Part shown: positions 60,293 through 64,000 of the stretch, in pieces
How positions within the stretch are numbered: position 1 is the stretch's first letter
How the letters are laid out: every line of letters starts with the position of its first letter
Source: Candidatus Aenigmatarchaeota archaeon
GTDB taxonomy: Archaea > Aenigmatarchaeota > Aenigmatarchaeia > CG10238-14 > SpSt-28
Assembly: GCA_039000985.1 (NCBI GenBank)
Contig: JAWBMD010000002.1
Coordinates: 1 to 64,000 of the forward strand
Length of the DNA stretch: 64,000 nt
Direction of reading: 5' to 3'
Position numbers and translations under genes: made by a program
Notes under the pieces: generated by a model
What the model saw: only the letters and a program-made list of their open reading frames with translations
Told to the model about the DNA's origin: nothing
The model's database searches: none

Positions 60293-61226
60293 AATATTAG
60301 CAATAAACAATATTTGCATAAAAGTTAACGAGAAAAAAATTTTTCTCGATCCAAAAGTTTCAGAGTCATTTTCTTTTATTTCACATGCACATGAAGATCA
60401 TTTGCCAGAATTAATTATTAATGAACCTTATTGTACAGAGGAAACATTCGAATTAATAAAAGTTAAATATCCAAGCTTCAAAGCAAATATTGTTAAATTT
60501 AACAAAAAAATAAAACTTGATGATTTTTCTGTTGAGTTTTTAAGAGCTGGTCATATACTTGGTTCTTCCCAAATTTTCTTAGAGCTAGATGGTTTGTCAG
60601 TTCTTTATACTGGAGATATTAAAACAGTTGATGAATTAACAGCTGGAAAATATCAAACAAAAAATGCTGATACTTTAATAATAGAATCAACTTACGGTTT
60701 ACCTATTTTTAAGTTTCCATCATTAGAGGAAATAATTAATAGCTTAGAAAAAATTTTGAATGAAGAAAATGTGAATTTGCTTGGCTATCAACTTGGAAAA
60801 GCACAAGATATAATAAAAATTTTAAATCTTATGAGTTATGAACCATTTGTATCAAAATCAATAAAAGCTTATTGTGAAATCTATAAAAAGTTTGGAGTTG
60901 ATTTGAAATATAGTGATGAACAAACAAACATTTCAGTTAGACCAGCATCATTAATTAAAAAATTTTCTGGCAGAAAAAATGCAATAATATTTACAGGATG
61001 GGCTTTAAGTAGAGAATTTGAAATAGCTGCTTTGCCATTTTCAGATCATTGTGACTTTTACCAGCTTTTAGATTACATAATAGAAGTTAACCCAAAAAAA
61101 GTCTATGTTGTTCATGGCTTTGTTTATGAATTTTCAAGAGAAATAGAAAAAAACTTAGGAATAGAAACTATACCTTTTCCTTTCGATACTTTATCCCTAT
61201 CCTCATTTTTTTCAAGAAAACAATAA
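60285..61226 (+). CDS. MBL-fold/beta-CASP-like nuclease
   Basis: ISHAHEDH, AGHILGS, LYTGD, LIIESTYG, LGKAQ, SDHCD, and VVHG. Confidence 0.88.
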   Translation: MSEILAINNICIKVNEKKIFLDPKVSESFSFISHAHEDHLPELIINEPYCTEETFELIKVKYPSFKANIVKFNKKIKLDDFSVEFLRAGHILGSSQIFLELDGLSVLYTGDIKTVDELTAGKYQTKNADTLIIESTYGLPIFKFPSLEEIINSLEKILNEENVNLLGYQLGKAQDIIKILNLMSYEPFVSKSIKAYCEIYKKFGVDLKYSDEQTNISVRPASLIKKFSGRKNAIIFTGWALSREFEIAALPFSDHCDFYQLLDYIIEVNPKKVYVVHGFVYEFSREIEKNLGIETIPFPFDTLSLSSFFSRKQ

Positions 61227-63999
61227 ATGTTTTTGCTTTTAATGCTTCCCTTAGTAAATTATTCCTAATAATTGTTAGATCTTTAATTCTTCCTCTAACT
61301 TTTAATATTTCTGATTGATATTTTACCATTATATCATAGAAAGCTTTTTCAGATATTTTTCTTTTAAAGTATTGTTCCTCAGCGGATTTTCTTGCATTTA
61401 TTAATTCTTTCTCTTTGCTTGTTAGTGAAATGATTTCTTTTGATAATTTTATGTATGGAACTATTACTTCAACTATTAAATATGTTGAAAAGAACAAAGC
61501 TATTGAAAATGCTATTATTAGGTATTTATAACTAAGCAACAAAAACATCCAATATTTTTTGTTAATTTCTTCCTCCAATTCTTTTATTTCTTCGCTTAAT
61601 TTTTTGTTATAATTAATTAAATCAAGTAAAGCATTATTTGCTATTGAATTTTTTGCATTAATTAAAACATTGTTCATTTCATCTATACTTTTTGTTATAG
61701 GTACTCCAAAGTTTTTATATTCTTCATATATTTTTTTCAAATCTTTTAATTTTGATTCAAGTTCTTTTAAATCATTTATCAAGCCATTTTCCTTTATCTC
61801 TATTACTATTGACTCCGAATCAAATGTTTCATCTGAAAATGCATAAAGTATTAGTTTGTATTCTCCTTCAGTTGAATTTAAAAATGAATGAACAATAAAA
61901 GGTATGTCTCTTCTCTCTCCTGCTCCAAGCTCTATTGTTAAATTATCTTTTATTCCATAAATAGTGCAAGAAGTGCAATCAAATAAATATTTAATTGTTA
62001 ATTTAATAGATGTATAACCGTTGTTAGAAATAGTAGCTATTAAAGTTCTATTTGTTCCAGTTTCAATTAATGCTCTTGTTTCATTACCTTTAAATTGTAT
62101 TGAAAATGTTATGTTACATTCTGGAGAAAAAGAACAATAATATGTTTGATTTGGTAAGCAATATTGATTGCAATCCAATCTTTCAAAGTACATTTCATAT
62201 GGCTTACATGGACTTATACCACAACCTTTTTTAATTTCTCTCCCACATTTACAGATTGGAATTTCCGTAGGTGCAGAAACTCCTGGAGAAGAAGATGGGG
62301 GTGGAGCAGGTTGTTGTTGTAAAATTATTGTTCTTAAATTAACAACATGCAAACCAGAATTATTAAAATAATCTGTTGAATTAATTGTGATATTAAAAGT
62401 AGTTCCATATGTATTTGGTGAATAGCATCTATCTATACAGCCATCAAAGCTATATGTATTTAAAGCTTCATTACTACATGCGTTGTAGTAAAATTCTGTT
62501 TCGTTATGCAAAACAAGCTCTGAATTTATATTATAACATAAAATATTAACTATAGCATCTTTAATTTCTTTATCTTCTCTATAATTAAAAATTTTAGCCC
62601 TTGGAAGACCTTCTGCACTTTTTATTGTCGTTTTCGGTTGCATTGTTAGCCCTTCAGATGGAACAATTACTTTTATTTTAAGCAAATTTGTTAACAAAAA
62701 CAAAAGCGTGTTATTACCAATGTTCCCATACTTTTCTGCTGTTACATTTAATGAATAGCTTTGCAAAGTATAGGATGGATTTAAAAAGAATTCAGCAGTA
62801 CCATTTTCACTTATAATATTTGTTTGATTTGTTATATTTCCTAATGAATCTATTAATAAAATTGTTATGTTAGAATTACTAACATTAAATGAATTAACAT
62901 CCCTAACAACAAAAATTATGCTCTCACCTTTGTTAAAAACATTAAATGGTGTTATGAATTCTATGCTATATTTATTAAAAGCTGTGAAATTACTTTCATC
63001 ACTATTAACTGTATTAAATGATGAATTTAAATCAGTTGCAAAAATTCTTATTGAATAATTTCCTGTTTCGTTTATTTGTGTTGAAATATCATCTATTAAA
63101 AATTGAAATGCAAACAAATCATTTTCAATTCTTTTCATTGTTACATTTTTTTCAATACCACTTGGAAAAACTAGTGAAGCATTAACTTCTTTAACAAAAA
63201 TATTATCAGTTATATTTGCAATTATTTTTAAGCTATCATTTAGATTTGACTTATTTGTTTTTAGTGAAAAGATTTCAAAGAAAAAATTATTTATTGTAGG
63301 TGGTTCTAAATCGAATGGATAAATTGTTATTGAAAAAATTTCAGAATTATTATTACCCATTGATGTATTTGAGGAAACATTTAAGAATGTTAAAACAGAT
63401 TTTTCTGGTTCTCCAAGCAAACTAGCTTTTATATTCCAATTAACACTCGAATAACCTTTCCAAAATATTTCATCAATATATTTAACAAAGCTATCTTCAC
63501 TTTCTGTTATGTTAATATAGCTTTCGTTCTCGCTATTAAATCTAATTGTTAAATTTCTTAAATCGCCCTTATATGCGGTAATATTAACATAATATGTTTG
63601 ATTTTGTCCGGATAGCATTACGGGGTCTGCTTTTATAGTAATAGATGGTATACCAAACTTTACAAAAAATGTTTGATTTTTTACTATTATTGAATTGTTC
63701 ATTAAAGTAACGATATTCGAAAAAACACTATAGTTACCACTTCTTGTAAAGTTAGTAAAATTGTAAGAAAATCTATAACAATAACCTAATCTAGGCTCTG
63801 TAGCAAAAGCTCTAAATTCATGCAAAGCTACTCCATTTGAAATAGAAATGATAAATTTATATGTTTTAAATGGAGTAAATTTGTCAAATATTGTTGTTTT
63901 TAAAGAATTTGGTATTTGAATGTTTTTTTCAAATGTTTTTACTTGGTTATTTTCATCTATATAGCTTATATTTGCATAGCTTGATGAAGAACCAAACCA
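61168..63999 (-). CDS. Large surface protein, C-terminal part (5'-truncated by window edge), with Cys-rich segment, TM and SHOCT-like tail
   Basis: Frame stays open to the window end. Ig-like DLEPPTI...ANITDNIFVKEVNA segments, a Pro/Ser linker, a Cys cluster, a TM (YLIIAFSIALFFSTYLIVEVIVPYI) and tail EEQYFKRKISEKAF. Confidence 0.8.
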   Translation of the reverse strand, partial: WFGSSSSYANISYIDENNQVKTFEKNIQIPNSLKTTIFDKFTPFKTYKFIISISNGVALHEFRAFATEPRLGYCYRFSYNFTNFTRSGNYSVFSNIVTLMNNSIIVKNQTFFVKFGIPSITIKADPVMLSGQNQTYYVNITAYKGDLRNLTIRFNSENESYINITESEDSFVKYIDEIFWKGYSSVNWNIKASLLGEPEKSVLTFLNVSSNTSMGNNNSEIFSITIYPFDLEPPTINNFFFEIFSLKTNKSNLNDSLKIIANITDNIFVKEVNASLVFPSGIEKNVTMKRIENDLFAFQFLIDDISTQINETGNYSIRIFATDLNSSFNTVNSDESNFTAFNKYSIEFITPFNVFNKGESIIFVVRDVNSFNVSNSNITILLIDSLGNITNQTNIISENGTAEFFLNPSYTLQSYSLNVTAEKYGNIGNNTLLFLLTNLLKIKVIVPSEGLTMQPKTTIKSAEGLPRAKIFNYREDKEIKDAIVNILCYNINSELVLHNETEFYYNACSNEALNTYSFDGCIDRCYSPNTYGTTFNITINSTDYFNNSGLHVVNLRTIILQQQPAPPPSSSPGVSAPTEIPICKCGREIKKGCGISPCKPYEMYFERLDCNQYCLPNQTYYCSFSPECNITFSIQFKGNETRALIETGTNRTLIATISNNGYTSIKLTIKYLFDCTSCTIYGIKDNLTIELGAGERRDIPFIVHSFLNSTEGEYKLILYAFSDETFDSESIVIEIKENGLINDLKELESKLKDLKKIYEEYKNFGVPITKSIDEMNNVLINAKNSIANNALLDLINYNKKLSEEIKELEEEINKKYWMFLLLSYKYLIIAFSIALFFSTYLIVEVIVPYIKLSKEIISLTSKEKELINARKSAEEQYFKRKISEKAFYDIMVKYQSEILKVRGRIKDLTIIRNNLLREALKAKTFIVFLKKMRIGIKYRKEKV

Positions 64000-64000
64000 T

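Overview
AT-rich archaeal genomic window, most likely DPANN (inferred from aTrm56, archaeal uL2, an unlinked 23S rRNA with bulge-helix-bulge introns and very compact gene packing). More than half of the window is one 34.8-kb gene (11,602 aa). It encodes a signal peptide, an embedded Hint/intein-like domain, about 20 Cys-containing ~335-aa repeats with a 3-unit super-repeat, a single TM helix and an intact cytoplasmic HerA/VirB4/FtsK-type ATPase. It is bracketed by two MinD/ParA ATPases and a coiled-coil protein, with two other large surface proteins cut by the window edges. This is the best candidate for an undescribed system: an ATPase-powered host-contact or translocation appendage. The right part holds housekeeping genes, tRNA-Asn and a small defence island (GmrSD-like gene frameshifted at an AG repeat, DNA MTase, orphan ORF) flanked by a decayed duplicate of the neighbouring glycosyltransferase. 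It also holds a stand-alone 23S rRNA with eight BHB-type introns (one encoding a LAGLIDADG endonuclease) and several unusual peptidyl-transferase-centre bases. All calls are by-eye motif recognition; no database searches were run, and E. coli rRNA numbering is from memory and approximate.
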